From positions 192,001 to 256,000 of the forward strand of contig CAWAWS010000002.1 of the NCBI GenBank assembly GCA_963785725.1: 64,000 bases of DNA, written 5' to 3'. The notes below the pieces were generated by a model. That model searched no databases. It was not told where the DNA came from and saw nothing but the letters and a program-made list of their open reading frames with translations. This document shows positions 11,920 to 21,562 of the stretch, in pieces. Within the stretch, counting starts at the first letter, position 1. Each line of letters begins with the position of its first letter. The translations under genes were made by a program, and so were the position numbers. This DNA is from an uncultured delta proteobacterium (lineage in GTDB: Bacteria > Myxococcota_A > Polyangia > Palsa-1104).

Positions 11920-13653
11920 ATGACGGCGCTACGGATTGCCAACTGCTCCGGCTTCTGGGGCGATCGTGCGACGGGCGCCGCCGAAATGGTGCGCGGCGGG
12001 CCCATCGACGTCTTGACCGGCGACTACTTGGCCGAGCTGACGATGGCGCTCCTCGCCAAGCAGCGCGCGCACGGCAAAGGCGGCTTCGTCGGCAGCTTCG
12101 TGGCGCAGATCGAGCCCGTCTTGGCCGAGTGTGCCGCGCGCGGCATCAAGATCGTCACCAACGCCGGTGGCCTCACACCGGACGCGCTGGCCCAGACGCT
12201 GCACGAGCTGGCGCTGCGGCTCGGTCTGTCGCTGCGCATCGCGGTGGTGAGCGGCGACGATATTCTGCCGCGGCTGCCCGAGCTGCAGGCGGCGGGCGAG
12301 CGCTTCGTCCACCTCGATCGAGGCCAGCCGCTCGGCGGCGTCGACGTCGTCACCGCCAACGCCTACTTGGGCGGCTGGCCCGTCGCCGAGGCGCTCGCGC
12401 GCGGCGCCGACATCGTCGTCACCGGCCGCGTGACCGACGCCGCGCTCGTCGTTGGCCCGGCGGCGTGGCGCTTCGGCTGGGCGCGCGACGACTGGGATCG
12501 CCTCGCCGGCGCCGTCGCTGCCGGCCACATCATCGAGTGCAGCGCGCAGGCCACGGGCGGCAACTACAGCTTCTTCGGCGAGGTCGACTGGTCGCGCCCG
12601 CTCGGCTTCCCCATCGCCGAAATGTTCGCCGACGGCAGCTTCGTCATCACCAAGCACCCCGGCACCGGCGGCCGCGTCTCCATCGGCACCGTCACCGCGC
12701 AGCTGCTGTACGAGATCGACGGCCCGCGCTACTTCAACCCCGACGTCGTCGCACGCTTCGACAGCGTGCAGCTGGCGCAGCTCGGGGCCGATCGCGTGCA
12801 CGGCTCGGGCACGCGCGGCGAGCCGCCGCCGCCGACGGCCAAGGTGACCCTCAATTATGTCGGCGGCTATCGCAACAGCATGACGGTGCGGCTGGCCGGG
12901 CTCGACGTGCCGGCCAAAGCGGCGCTGGTCGAAGAGCTGGCGCGGGCGGCGGTCGGTGAGTGCGAGGCGCGGCTCATGCGCGGCGATCACGACGATCCGG
13001 CCGACAACGACGCGGCCATGGCCCTCTTGACGCTGACCGCGAAGTCGCCCGACAAGACGCGCGTCGGCAAGGCGTGGGCAGCCAAGCTGGTCGAGCTGGC
13101 GCTGTCGAGCGTGCCCGGCCATTCGCTGACGCAGCCGCCGGCGGACGCGACGCCCTATCTCGTCTATTGGCCGGCGCTCGTCGACGCGAGCCAGCTGCAG
13201 CCGCGGGTGTCCTTTCATGGCGACCGCGACAGCTGGCCGATCGCGGCGCCGCCGACCGTCGCCACGCGCGCGCCGGTCAGCGAGCCCACGCCGGCGTGGG
13301 ACGCGCGACTCGACGGGCCGACGGTGCGCGCGCCGCTCGGTCGCGTCTTCGGCAGCCGCTCGGGCGACAAAGGCGGCAACGCCAACCTCGGTTTATGGGC
13401 CAAGACCTCACTCGCTTATACGTGGCTGGAGCATTACTTGACCGTCGATGAGATGCGAACCCTATTCCGCGATCTGGCGCCCTATCCCATGACACGAACG
13501 CTGTTGCCGAATCTGAACGCGGTGCACTTCTACATTCACGGGCTGCTCGGGGAAGGCGTGGCCTCCTCGACGCGCAGCGATCCGCAGGCCAAGACGCTGG
13601 GTGAGTACGTGCGCGCGCGCGTCGTCGACCTGCCGGCGGTGCTGCTGTCATGA
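11920..13653 (+). CDS. acyclic terpene utilization AtuA family protein (DUF1446)
   Basis: RIANCSGFWGD, DYLAELTM, GHIIECSAQATGGNY, AQLLYEI, RSGDKGGNANLG, DPQAKTLGE. Confidence 0.9.
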   Translation: MTALRIANCSGFWGDRATGAAEMVRGGPIDVLTGDYLAELTMALLAKQRAHGKGGFVGSFVAQIEPVLAECAARGIKIVTNAGGLTPDALAQTLHELALRLGLSLRIAVVSGDDILPRLPELQAAGERFVHLDRGQPLGGVDVVTANAYLGGWPVAEALARGADIVVTGRVTDAALVVGPAAWRFGWARDDWDRLAGAVAAGHIIECSAQATGGNYSFFGEVDWSRPLGFPIAEMFADGSFVITKHPGTGGRVSIGTVTAQLLYEIDGPRYFNPDVVARFDSVQLAQLGADRVHGSGTRGEPPPPTAKVTLNYVGGYRNSMTVRLAGLDVPAKAALVEELARAAVGECEARLMRGDHDDPADNDAAMALLTLTAKSPDKTRVGKAWAAKLVELALSSVPGHSLTQPPADATPYLVYWPALVDASQLQPRVSFHGDRDSWPIAAPPTVATRAPVSEPTPAWDARLDGPTVRAPLGRVFGSRSGDKGGNANLGLWAKTSLAYTWLEHYLTVDEMRTLFRDLAPYPMTRTLLPNLNAVHFYIHGLLGEGVASSTRSDPQAKTLGEYVRARVVDLPAVLLS

Positions 13654-14984
13654 GCGAGCGGCGCGAGAATGCCGAGACCGCCGAACCGGCCGCCCAGGGC
13701 GCGAAGAAGCCGCTGCTCGTCGCCGTGGCGATGGGTTACGGGCATCTGCGGCCGGCGCACGCGCTCGGCGACTACTTGCAGACGCCGGTGCGCGAGGCCG
13801 ATCATCCGCCGCTCGCCGACGCCTACGAAGGCAAGCTGTGGGCGCGGGCGCGCGGTCCGTACGAAGCGGGCAGTCGACTGTCGCAGCTGCCGTTCGTCGG
13901 GCTGCCGCTGAAGGCGGCGCTGGCGGCGTTGACGGTGATTCCGCCGCTCAATCCGCCGCGCGACTTGTCGGCGCCGACGCTGCCGCTGCGGTTGATCGAG
14001 CGGCTGGCCAATCGCGGCCTCGGCGACGGGCTCGTGGCCTACCTGCGGCAGTCGCAGCAGACGCTGCTGACGACCTACTTCGTGCCCGCGCTGCTCGCCG
14101 ATCGCGCCGGCGGGCTCGACGTGCGCTGCGTCGTCACCGACAGCGACATCAACCGCGTGTGGGCGCCGTTGCGCTCGTCGGCGACGAAGATCCTGTACTA
14201 CGCGCCGTCGACGCGCGTGGTGCGGCGGCTGATGGCCTACGGCGTGCCGCAAGCGCGCATCAAGATGACCGGCTTTCCGCTGCCGCACGAGCTGCTCGGC
14301 GGTCGCGACTTCACGGCCGCCAAAGCGAACCTGGCGCGACGGCTGGCGCGGCTCGATCGCGGCGGCCTCTTCCGCAAGCAGGCAGCGTCGGAGCTGGAGC
14401 CCATCTTGGGCGCCGCCGTCGCCACCGCCGACGGGCCGCCGCGCATCACGTTCGCCGTCGGCGGCGCCGGCGCGCAGGCGGAGATCGCCGACGACTTTCT
14501 GCCCAGCCTCGCGCCCGCGTTGCGCGCCGGGCGGCTGCAGCTGACGCTCGTCGCCGGCGTGCGCCGCGAAGTCGCCGAGCGCTTCGAACGCTCGCTCGCG
14601 CGCGCCGGCTTGACCCGCGAACGCGAGCGCTCGATCGACATCCTCGTGGCCGACAACATCGGCGACTACTTCCGCCGCTTCAACGCGCGCCTCGCCGACA
14701 GCGACGCCTTGTGGACCAAGCCGAGCGAGATGACCTTCTTCGCCGCGCTGGGATTGCCCGTCATCCTCGCGCCTGCCGTCGGTGAGCACGAGAAGCTCAA
14801 CGCGCGCTGGGCCAGCGAGCACGGCGCCGCCCTGCCGCAGCGCGACCCGCGCGTCGCCCGCAACTGGCTCGACGAGTGGCTCGACGACGGCACGCTCGCC
14901 GGCGCCGCGTGGAACGGCTTCCGCGCGCTGCCGAAGAGCGGGCTCTACGACATCGCCGACGATCTGGCCATCGCCAACGGTTGA
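13650..14984 (+). CDS. GT-B glycosyltransferase-like protein (MGDG synthase/MurG-like)
   Basis: AMGYGHLRPA, VVTDSD, TGFPL, WTKPSE...LGLP, EHEKLN. Confidence 0.6.
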   Translation: MSERRENAETAEPAAQGAKKPLLVAVAMGYGHLRPAHALGDYLQTPVREADHPPLADAYEGKLWARARGPYEAGSRLSQLPFVGLPLKAALAALTVIPPLNPPRDLSAPTLPLRLIERLANRGLGDGLVAYLRQSQQTLLTTYFVPALLADRAGGLDVRCVVTDSDINRVWAPLRSSATKILYYAPSTRVVRRLMAYGVPQARIKMTGFPLPHELLGGRDFTAAKANLARRLARLDRGGLFRKQAASELEPILGAAVATADGPPRITFAVGGAGAQAEIADDFLPSLAPALRAGRLQLTLVAGVRREVAERFERSLARAGLTRERERSIDILVADNIGDYFRRFNARLADSDALWTKPSEMTFFAALGLPVILAPAVGEHEKLNARWASEHGAALPQRDPRVARNWLDEWLDDGTLAGAAWNGFRALPKSGLYDIADDLAIANG

Positions 14985-14988
14985 CGGC

Positions 14989-15378
14989 TCAGCAGTATTG
15001 ACGCACGGCCTCCAGCAGCTGATCGAGCGGCACCGGCTTACGCATACACGCCACCGGGCCCGACGGAATATTGGCCGGCGCCGCCGACAGGACGACGACG
15101 CGCAGGCCGTCCGTCAGCTTGCCGTCGCGACGCAGATGATCGAGCAGCTCCCAGCCGCTCATCACCGGCATCATGAGATCGAGGAGCATCAGACAGGGGC
15201 AGCCGGCCTCACCGAGATCGGCCAAGAGCAGCTCGGCCTCGGCGCCGTTGGCCGCGGTCAAGACTTGGTAGCCCTCCTCTTCGAGCACCAGCTGGACACA
15301 TTCGCGAATGTCACTATCGTCCTCGACAACCATGATCGCTCGGTGCTGCGCGCAGCCCTGGCGGCCCCTTTTCCCCAT
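14989..15378 (-). CDS. single-domain response regulator
   Basis: VVEDD, LLDLMMP, MRKP. Confidence 0.88.
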   Translation of the reverse strand: MGKRGRQGCAQHRAIMVVEDDSDIRECVQLVLEEEGYQVLTAANGAEAELLLADLGEAGCPCLMLLDLMMPVMSGWELLDHLRRDGKLTDGLRVVVLSAAPANIPSGPVACMRKPVPLDQLLEAVRQYC

Positions 15379-15435
15379 ATTGGAGCGGGTAATTCACGAT
15401 GCGCGCCAAGTGGCGAGTGACGCTGAGCGCGATCG

Positions 15436-15576
15436 TCACGCGTTGACGGCGACCCAGGACTCGCCGTTCCACTCCCAGACGGCTTCGGGATCGTGCGTGG
15501 CGTCGAACTCGAGGGCGAGCTCCTCGTCGTACTCTTCGTTGACCGGGCTCATGGAAACTTCGTTCTCCTCGTGCAT
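15436..15576 (-). CDS. 46-aa acidic, Trp-containing small protein (absent from the ORF track)
   Basis: MHEENEVSMSPVNEEYDEELALEFDATHDPEAVWEWNGESWVAVNA; GAGGTG RBS, high GC3, sigma54 motif upstream. Confidence 0.7.
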   Translation of the reverse strand: MHEENEVSMSPVNEEYDEELALEFDATHDPEAVWEWNGESWVAVNA

Positions 15577-15601
15577 CTCTTCACCTCGTGCTACTGAGCT
15601 C

Positions 15602-15617
15602 AGCAGCCGACGTGCCA
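15602..15617 (-). promoter_or_regulatory. sigma54 (-24/-12) promoter for the 46-aa ORF
   Basis: Minus strand TGGCACGTCGGCTGCT matches TGGCACG-N4-(T/C)TGC(A/T) with exact GG-N10-GC spacing. Confidence 0.7.
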
Positions 15618-15678
15618 GAGGAACGAGCTTGCCGTCGAGGACGCGCGCGCCGATGTTTCCGCCGCGCGCGCGTGGCCC

Positions 15679-16470
15679 TCATTTCGTGGCTGCGCGCGTC
15701 TCGCCGGGCAAGAGAAAGCCGTAGCGCCGCATGATGTTGCGGCCGTCGGGCGAGGCGACGAAGGCGGTGAACGCGCGTGCCCGCGTCGTGCGCGCCGTAT
15801 CGTGGCCGCAGGTGACGAGCGCCTGGTCGATCGGCGAGTGCAGCTTGTCGTCGACGGCAACATAGTCGCCATCGGGCGCCACGAGGGCCAACGAGAGTGC
15901 CACGAGCGCGGCTTCGGCGTTCCCCGTCTGCGCGAACTGTAACGTCTGTTGGACGTTCTCGCCGTAGACGAGCTTGGGCTGCACCTTTTGCCACAGCTTC
16001 GCGTTCGTCAGCGCCTCCTGCGCCGCTTTCCCGTAGGGCGCGTGCGCGGGATTGGCGATGGCCACTTTGACGAAGCGCGCGTCGGCCAGATCGGCGAGCG
16101 ACCTCGGCGGCGCGACGTTTCCGCCTTTGCGCCACCAGATGACGACGCGACCGCGCGCGTAGAGCGCCTTCGAGTCGGCCGCGCACACGCCGGCTTTGAC
16201 GGCGTCGTCGGCGAAGGAGACGTTGGCGGCGGCGAAGACGTCGAAGGGCGCGCCTTCGACGAGCTGCTTCTCGAGCAGGCCGGTCGAGCCGAAGCTGAAG
16301 ACGACCTTGTCGCCGCTCTTCTTTTCCCAGGCGGCGCCGACCTCCTTGAACGCGACGGCCAAGTCGGCGGCGGCGGCGACTTTGAGCGGCGATGGCTCGG
16401 CGTGCGCGCACACAGCGGCCGTGGCCGCGAAGACGAACGCGAACGACGCGGCGGCGAGTCGAATGGACAT
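15679..16470 (-). CDS. modA: molybdate ABC transporter substrate-binding protein
   Basis: VAAAADL, FSFGSTGLL, GAPFDVFAAA, AIANPAHAPYG, GENVQQ, PIDQ. Confidence 0.9.
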   Translation of the reverse strand: MSIRLAAASFAFVFAATAAVCAHAEPSPLKVAAAADLAVAFKEVGAAWEKKSGDKVVFSFGSTGLLEKQLVEGAPFDVFAAANVSFADDAVKAGVCAADSKALYARGRVVIWWRKGGNVAPPRSLADLADARFVKVAIANPAHAPYGKAAQEALTNAKLWQKVQPKLVYGENVQQTLQFAQTGNAEAALVALSLALVAPDGDYVAVDDKLHSPIDQALVTCGHDTARTTRARAFTAFVASPDGRNIMRRYGFLLPGETRAATK

Positions 16471-16564
16471 AGCGAAGCCAATACAACCGCGACCGCGATT
16501 GGGCAAGCGGCGACAGGTGGCGAGGAAGGTCGCGTGGAATCGAGTGAAACGATAAGATGTCGGC

Positions 16565-18421
16565 GTGCGAAGGGCGCTCGTCGTGTGCGTGCTGGCCGGT
16601 TGCGCGGCGCCGCGCGCGCCGCTGCCGCAGGCGGCCAGCGCGGTCAATTCCGCGGCCGCGCCCGCGGTCGTCGGCAGCAACATCTTGCGGCGCGACTACG
16701 CCGGGTCGCAGGCGTGCGCGGCCTGTCACGCGGACGTCTACGACAAGTTCATGGCGGCGCCGATGCACAACATGACGCGGCTGCCGACGGCGACGACGCC
16801 GATGCCGCCCTTCGTCGGCGCGTTCACGTTCAAAGACGACGCCGTGCGCTTCGAGACCCGCGGCGACGATCGGCTCATGCATATCGACGCGCAAGGACAG
16901 CCGCCGCGCACGTTCAAGGTCACGCGCGTCATCGGCGGCCATTATCGCGAGGATTTCGCCGGCGTGGAAATCGGCGGTCGCGACGCGAAATCCGAGCGAA
17001 TCCTCCCCGCGTCCTATTTTTTGACTACGAATACGTGGCGTTACAAAGGATATTCGGTATTGGGCCCGGAACGGCCGGGATTACGGCCGGGCGGTATCTG
17101 GAATAAGACCTGTATCTTTTGCCACAATACGATTCCCTATTTCGACGACATCTTGGGCGCGATCTCCGATCCGCGTCTCGGCCCTTATCAAGGTGAGGTC
17201 GTCGATCCGTTGTTGCCGGCGGCGCGGCGCGCCACGTGGGAGGTGACGGACGCGGCGGCGTTGGCGAGCGCGGTCGCGGACGAGCTCAGCGTGCTCGGCG
17301 CGCGGCCGCAGCAAGCGAACGCCGGCGCCGGCGCGCTGTTGCAAGCGGTGCGCGCGCGCTTCGGCGCCGGGCAGCTCGTCGAGCTCGGCATCGGCTGCGA
17401 GTCGTGCCACGGCGGCAGCGTCGAGCACGTCAAGCACAACGCGACCAAGCCGTCGTTCGCGCCGCGGGCGTCGTTCTTGCGCGTCAGCGTGCCGGGCGCG
17501 GCGCGCGATGAGCGGGTCAGCGGCATCAACCGAGCCTGCGCCCGCTGTCATCAGGTGCTGTTCACGCAATATCCGTGGACGTGGGAAGGCGAGCGCCGCA
17601 AAGGCGCGGCGCCGGGCGGCAGCAACATCAACAGCGGCGAGGCGCGCGACTTCTTGCTCGGCGGCTGCGCGTCGGCCATGGCGTGCAGCGACTGCCACGA
17701 TCCGCACGCGCACAATAAGCCTCGCAATGCCGAGCTCGAGACGCGCGCCGATGCCGTCTGCGTGCGCTGCCATCGCGAGCTCGCGACGACGGCGCAGCAG
17801 CAGGCGCACACGCATCATGACCCGGCGGGCGCGGGCGGGCGCTGCCTCAACTGTCATATGCCGCGCAAGAACCTGTCGCTCGACAACCGGCTGACGCGCT
17901 ATCACCGCATCGCCTCGCCGACCGAGAGCGCCAAGGTGCTCGGCGACCGGCCGCTCGAGTGCGCGCTCTGCCACGGCGACAAGTCGGTGGAGACGCTGGT
18001 GGCGACGATGGAGGCGTGGTGGCGCAAGCGCTACGACCGCGCGCCGCTGCGCGCGCTCTACGGCGACGATTTGGCGCACGCCGATCCGCTCGTTGCGACG
18101 TTGGCGCGCGGTAAGCCGCACGAGCAGGCGTTGGCGTTGGCGCTGCTCGGCGTGCGCGGCGCGCAGGCGCCGGCAGCGTTGATGGCGGCGCAGCTGACGC
18201 ATACGACGCCGATCGTGCGCTATTACGCGCAGTCGGCGCTGGAGGCGGCGCTCGGCCGGAAGGCGCCGGCGGGCTTCGACGTGCACGCCAACGACGACGC
18301 GATCGTCGCCGCGGCCGGCGCCTGGCTGCGCGCGGCCGGCGTCAACGCGACGCTGCGCGCGCCCGTCGCGCCGCCGGCGAGCCCCAATGCCGGCGACGGC
18401 GACACGACCAGCGATCCGTAA
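16565..18421 (+). CDS. octaheme c-type cytochrome lipoprotein with C-terminal helical (HEAT-like) region
   Basis: Lipobox VLAGC; eight CxxCH motifs: CAACH, CIFCH, CESCH, CARCH, CSDCH, CVRCH, CLNCH, CALCH. Confidence 0.88.
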   Translation: MRRALVVCVLAGCAAPRAPLPQAASAVNSAAAPAVVGSNILRRDYAGSQACAACHADVYDKFMAAPMHNMTRLPTATTPMPPFVGAFTFKDDAVRFETRGDDRLMHIDAQGQPPRTFKVTRVIGGHYREDFAGVEIGGRDAKSERILPASYFLTTNTWRYKGYSVLGPERPGLRPGGIWNKTCIFCHNTIPYFDDILGAISDPRLGPYQGEVVDPLLPAARRATWEVTDAAALASAVADELSVLGARPQQANAGAGALLQAVRARFGAGQLVELGIGCESCHGGSVEHVKHNATKPSFAPRASFLRVSVPGAARDERVSGINRACARCHQVLFTQYPWTWEGERRKGAAPGGSNINSGEARDFLLGGCASAMACSDCHDPHAHNKPRNAELETRADAVCVRCHRELATTAQQQAHTHHDPAGAGGRCLNCHMPRKNLSLDNRLTRYHRIASPTESAKVLGDRPLECALCHGDKSVETLVATMEAWWRKRYDRAPLRALYGDDLAHADPLVATLARGKPHEQALALALLGVRGAQAPAALMAAQLTHTTPIVRYYAQSALEAALGRKAPAGFDVHANDDAIVAAAGAWLRAAGVNATLRAPVAPPASPNAGDGDTTSDP

Positions 18422-18512
18422 GCCAACCGCGCCCAACGACGGCGAGCGACAATCGACCTACTGCGGTGACCGTCGCGTCTTGCCCCTACAGCGACGCGCT
18501 TATGATCCAGTC

Positions 18513-18695
18513 ATGATGAAAACATTGATCGTGGCGGCGTCGATTGGTTTCGCGGGTCTCGTGAGCGTGGCCAGCGTGGCGCAGGCGGATGAAGTGATCG
18601 TCCGCGAGCATCATCCGCGTCACGTGGTGGTCGTGCATCCGCGCGTCGTGCATCACTACCATCACCGTCATCACGATGTCGTCGTCGTGCCGTAG
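18513..18695 (+). CDS. small secreted His/Val-rich peptide
   Basis: Signal peptide ending AQA; mature DEVIVREHHPRHVVVVHPRVVHHYHHRHHDVVVVP. Confidence 0.7.
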   Translation: MMKTLIVAASIGFAGLVSVASVAQADEVIVREHHPRHVVVVHPRVVHHYHHRHHDVVVVP

Positions 18696-18701
18696 CCCGA
18701 G

Positions 18702-20558
18702 TTAGACGATCGTTGGCGGGCGCGGGCCGCGGACGCCGCCGACGTAGGCTTTGGCGATGTCGGCTTCGTCGAGGAAGCCGAGGATGCGGCCGTCGGCGGC
18801 GACGATGGGGATTTCACGCAGGCCGCGCTCGAGCATGAGCTGCGCGGCGGCGCGGAGGTCGTCCTCGGCGCGCGCCGTCGCCGGCGGCAGCATGATGTCG
18901 GCGGCGACGGTGAACGGCTGCGACTCGGGCGACGAGCCGAGCACGCGCAGGTCGTCGGCGGTGATCATGCCCAGCATCTTGCCGTCGGGCCCGACGACAG
19001 GGAACACGTCCTGCCACGTCGTCTCGCTCACGTGACGCAGGACTTCGCTGGCGGTCGTCGCGGGCGCGAAGCTGACGAACGGTCGGCCGGCCGTCATCAC
19101 CTTGTCGACGCGCAAGCCGCGCAAGAAGTCGGTCTCTTGATGCGCCGGTGAGTCGCGCTGGCTCGGCAGCTGCGCCGGATAGAGCGAACGGCGGCGCAGT
19201 GCGACGAAGGCGATGCCCTCGGCGAGCATGAGCGGCACGAGCAGATCGTAGGAGCCGGCCAGCTCGCACACGAGCACCATCGCCGACAAGGGGACGTGCG
19301 CGATGCCGCCGTAGAGCGTCGCCATGCCCACGAGCGCGAAGCCGCCGGGATCGAGGTGCTGCTCGGGCCACACCATCTTGACGGCGTAGCCGAAGGCGCC
19401 GCCGAAGATCGCGCCCAGCGCCAACGACGGCGCGAAGTCGCCGGCCGAGCCGCCGGTGCCGATGGTCAGCGTGGCCGCGAACAGCTTGCAGACGCCGAGG
19501 ATGAGGAGCAGCTGCACGGCGCCCCAGCCGCTGCCGAGCCAGGGCGCTCCGCTGATGGCGAGCTGCGCGGCGCCGTAGCCGCCGCCGAGGATGCCGAGAC
19601 CTTGGCCGGGCTGCCCGGTGTAGCGCGCGAAGATCCACAGCGTCGGCACGCACAAGACGCCGAGGGCGAGACCGCCGTACGCCGGATGCGTCCAGGCCGG
19701 GCCGGGCAGCTTCTTCGACAGCCGCTGCACCGCGCGCATGACGCTCAGAAACGCGATGCCGACGAACGCGATGAGGATCGCCATCAGGCCGTAGAGCGGC
19801 AGATGCGCGGGGACGAACGGATAGCGCGGCGCGTGCGCGAACAGCGTCGATTCACCGAAGAGCGAGATGACGACCGAGTAGGCGATGACGCTGCCGAGAA
19901 CGCCGGGGATGAGCGCGTCGGATTCGAAGTCGTCGCGATAGAGGACCTCGGCGGCGAGCAAGGCGGCGCCGAGCGGCGTGCGGAAGACGGCGGCCAAGCC
20001 GGCGGCGACGCCGGCCACGAGCAGCACGCGGCGTTCGCGCTCGCTCACGCCCAGCCAGCGGCCGACGGTCGAGCCCAGCGCGCTGCCGATCTGCATCGTC
20101 GGGCCTTCGCGGCCACCGGCGCCGCCGGAGCCGAGCGTCAAGATGGACGCGGCGGCCTTGACCCAGATGACGCGACGGCGCACGACGCCACCGCCGTGAT
20201 GGAAGGCGTCGATCATGGCGTCGCCGCCGCCGCCGCGCGTCTCGGGCGCGAGCGTCGTCACCCAGCCGGCGGCGAGCGCGCCGACGGCGGGCACGACGAA
20301 CAGCAGCCACGGGCGATAGTGATGGTAGGTGTGGCTGTCCCACAATCCCTCGCCGGCGGCGCGCAGCGGCACGTAGCCGCACAATGTCTCGAGCAGGAGG
20401 CGCTGCACGACCTCCAAGCTGACGAAGAAGCCGGCGCCGATGATGCCGGCGCCCAAGCCGACGAGCGCCGCGCGCAGCAGCGTTCGACCGAGGATGCGCA
20501 AGTCGAGCGGTGCGGCCGCGCTCAAGAGCGGCGCCAGGAATCCACGATCACGAGCCAC
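18702..20558 (-). CDS. ClC family chloride/H+ antiporter with CBS domain pair
   Basis: GREGPT gating motif, AAVFRTPLGA, GGSAGDFAP, C-terminal CBS pair; start codon approximate. Confidence 0.9.
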   Translation of the reverse strand: MARDRGFLAPLLSAAAPLDLRILGRTLLRAALVGLGAGIIGAGFFVSLEVVQRLLLETLCGYVPLRAAGEGLWDSHTYHHYRPWLLFVVPAVGALAAGWVTTLAPETRGGGGDAMIDAFHHGGGVVRRRVIWVKAAASILTLGSGGAGGREGPTMQIGSALGSTVGRWLGVSERERRVLLVAGVAAGLAAVFRTPLGAALLAAEVLYRDDFESDALIPGVLGSVIAYSVVISLFGESTLFAHAPRYPFVPAHLPLYGLMAILIAFVGIAFLSVMRAVQRLSKKLPGPAWTHPAYGGLALGVLCVPTLWIFARYTGQPGQGLGILGGGYGAAQLAISGAPWLGSGWGAVQLLLILGVCKLFAATLTIGTGGSAGDFAPSLALGAIFGGAFGYAVKMVWPEQHLDPGGFALVGMATLYGGIAHVPLSAMVLVCELAGSYDLLVPLMLAEGIAFVALRRRSLYPAQLPSQRDSPAHQETDFLRGLRVDKVMTAGRPFVSFAPATTASEVLRHVSETTWQDVFPVVGPDGKMLGMITADDLRVLGSSPESQPFTVAADIMLPPATARAEDDLRAAAQLMLERGLREIPIVAADGRILGFLDEADIAKAYVGGVRGPRPPTIV

Positions 20559-20662
20559 GGTCGGCTCAGTATACGCGCGCCGCCCGAGAGCGCGAGTCGC
20601 GGGACGACAATCGTGGAAGCGGACGGTCCGGTGCCCGCGCATGAGCATGTAAATCCGAAACG

Positions 20663-21013
20663 CTACAGTCCGTATTTCAGGAGGTCCGCCAACGTCATGA
20701 ACAGTCCGTCGGGCAGATCGTCGATCTCGATCGACACCTGCTCCGCTCGGTCGCGGTCGAGCACGGCCAACCGCTCTGCATGGTAGCCCAGGCTGCCCGC
20801 GCCTGGCGGCGGCCTCCAGCCGGCGACATCGAGCGTGACCTCGACGCCGTCGCCGACGAAGGCCTGGCGCACCGCCGTCGGTTTGGCGGCAACAGCCGCC
20901 GGTGGGCGCGTCTTGACGCAGCCCGCGGCGACCGCCGACAGCGCCAGCCCATGACGAAGCTTTATGGGCGAATCATTGGCGTTCGCGTGTCGGTCGAGCT
21001 TGACGACGCGCAT
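20663..21013 (-). CDS. hypothetical protein, possible lipoprotein
   Basis: LALSAVAAGC lipobox-like stretch and a protein-like C-terminus; start uncertain. Confidence 0.35.
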   Translation of the reverse strand: MRVVKLDRHANANDSPIKLRHGLALSAVAAGCVKTRPPAAVAAKPTAVRQAFVGDGVEVTLDVAGWRPPPGAGSLGYHAERLAVLDRDRAEQVSIEIDDLPDGLFMTLADLLKYGL

Positions 21014-21134
21014 GTCGGGGACCAGGCGGAGCGATCGGTCGATGCGCCGCGTATACAGGATTTCACGGCTGGCAGCCCCGGCAGTGCGACGCATCATCGC
21101 AGCCACACAGCCGCACGCGCGGCAAGAGGTGAAG

Positions 21135-21476
21135 ATGATTCGAACGATACTGAAGACGGCCAAGCTGGCAGCGGTCATCGTGGGATTGGCTCTGCCGGGC
21201 GCCGTATTCGCGCAAGCCGCGGGAGGCGCTGCGGCGAGTGGAGGCAAGGGTACGAGCGGGTCGAGCTCGCGCGGAGCGGTAGGCACCGAGCCGGGCACGA
21301 GCGAGACCGGCGAGACCGGAAAGACCGGCGCGACGCCAAAGTCGACCGGCAATAGCAGCGATACGACCAATCCCTCGGCGGAAACACCGACGACCCCGAG
21401 CGGATCGCCGGAGCCAGGCGCGAGCGGTAGCAAAGCACCGAGCGGCACGTCCGGCTCGAGCGGCACGACACCTTAG
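21135..21476 (+). CDS. secreted low-complexity Gly/Ser/Thr-rich protein
   Basis: GAGGTG RBS, signal peptide (AVFA-Q), disordered G/S/T/P mature part. Confidence 0.65.
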   Translation: MIRTILKTAKLAAVIVGLALPGAVFAQAAGGAAASGGKGTSGSSSRGAVGTEPGTSETGETGKTGATPKSTGNSSDTTNPSAETPTTPSGSPEPGASGSKAPSGTSGSSGTTP

Positions 21477-21562
21477 CAGCCTCGCTTGACCGGGCCGTCG
21501 GCGACGGCCGACCCGGGCACCGCCCGAACGTCGGTCGCCGCGCGACGCGCCCTGGTCAGCGC

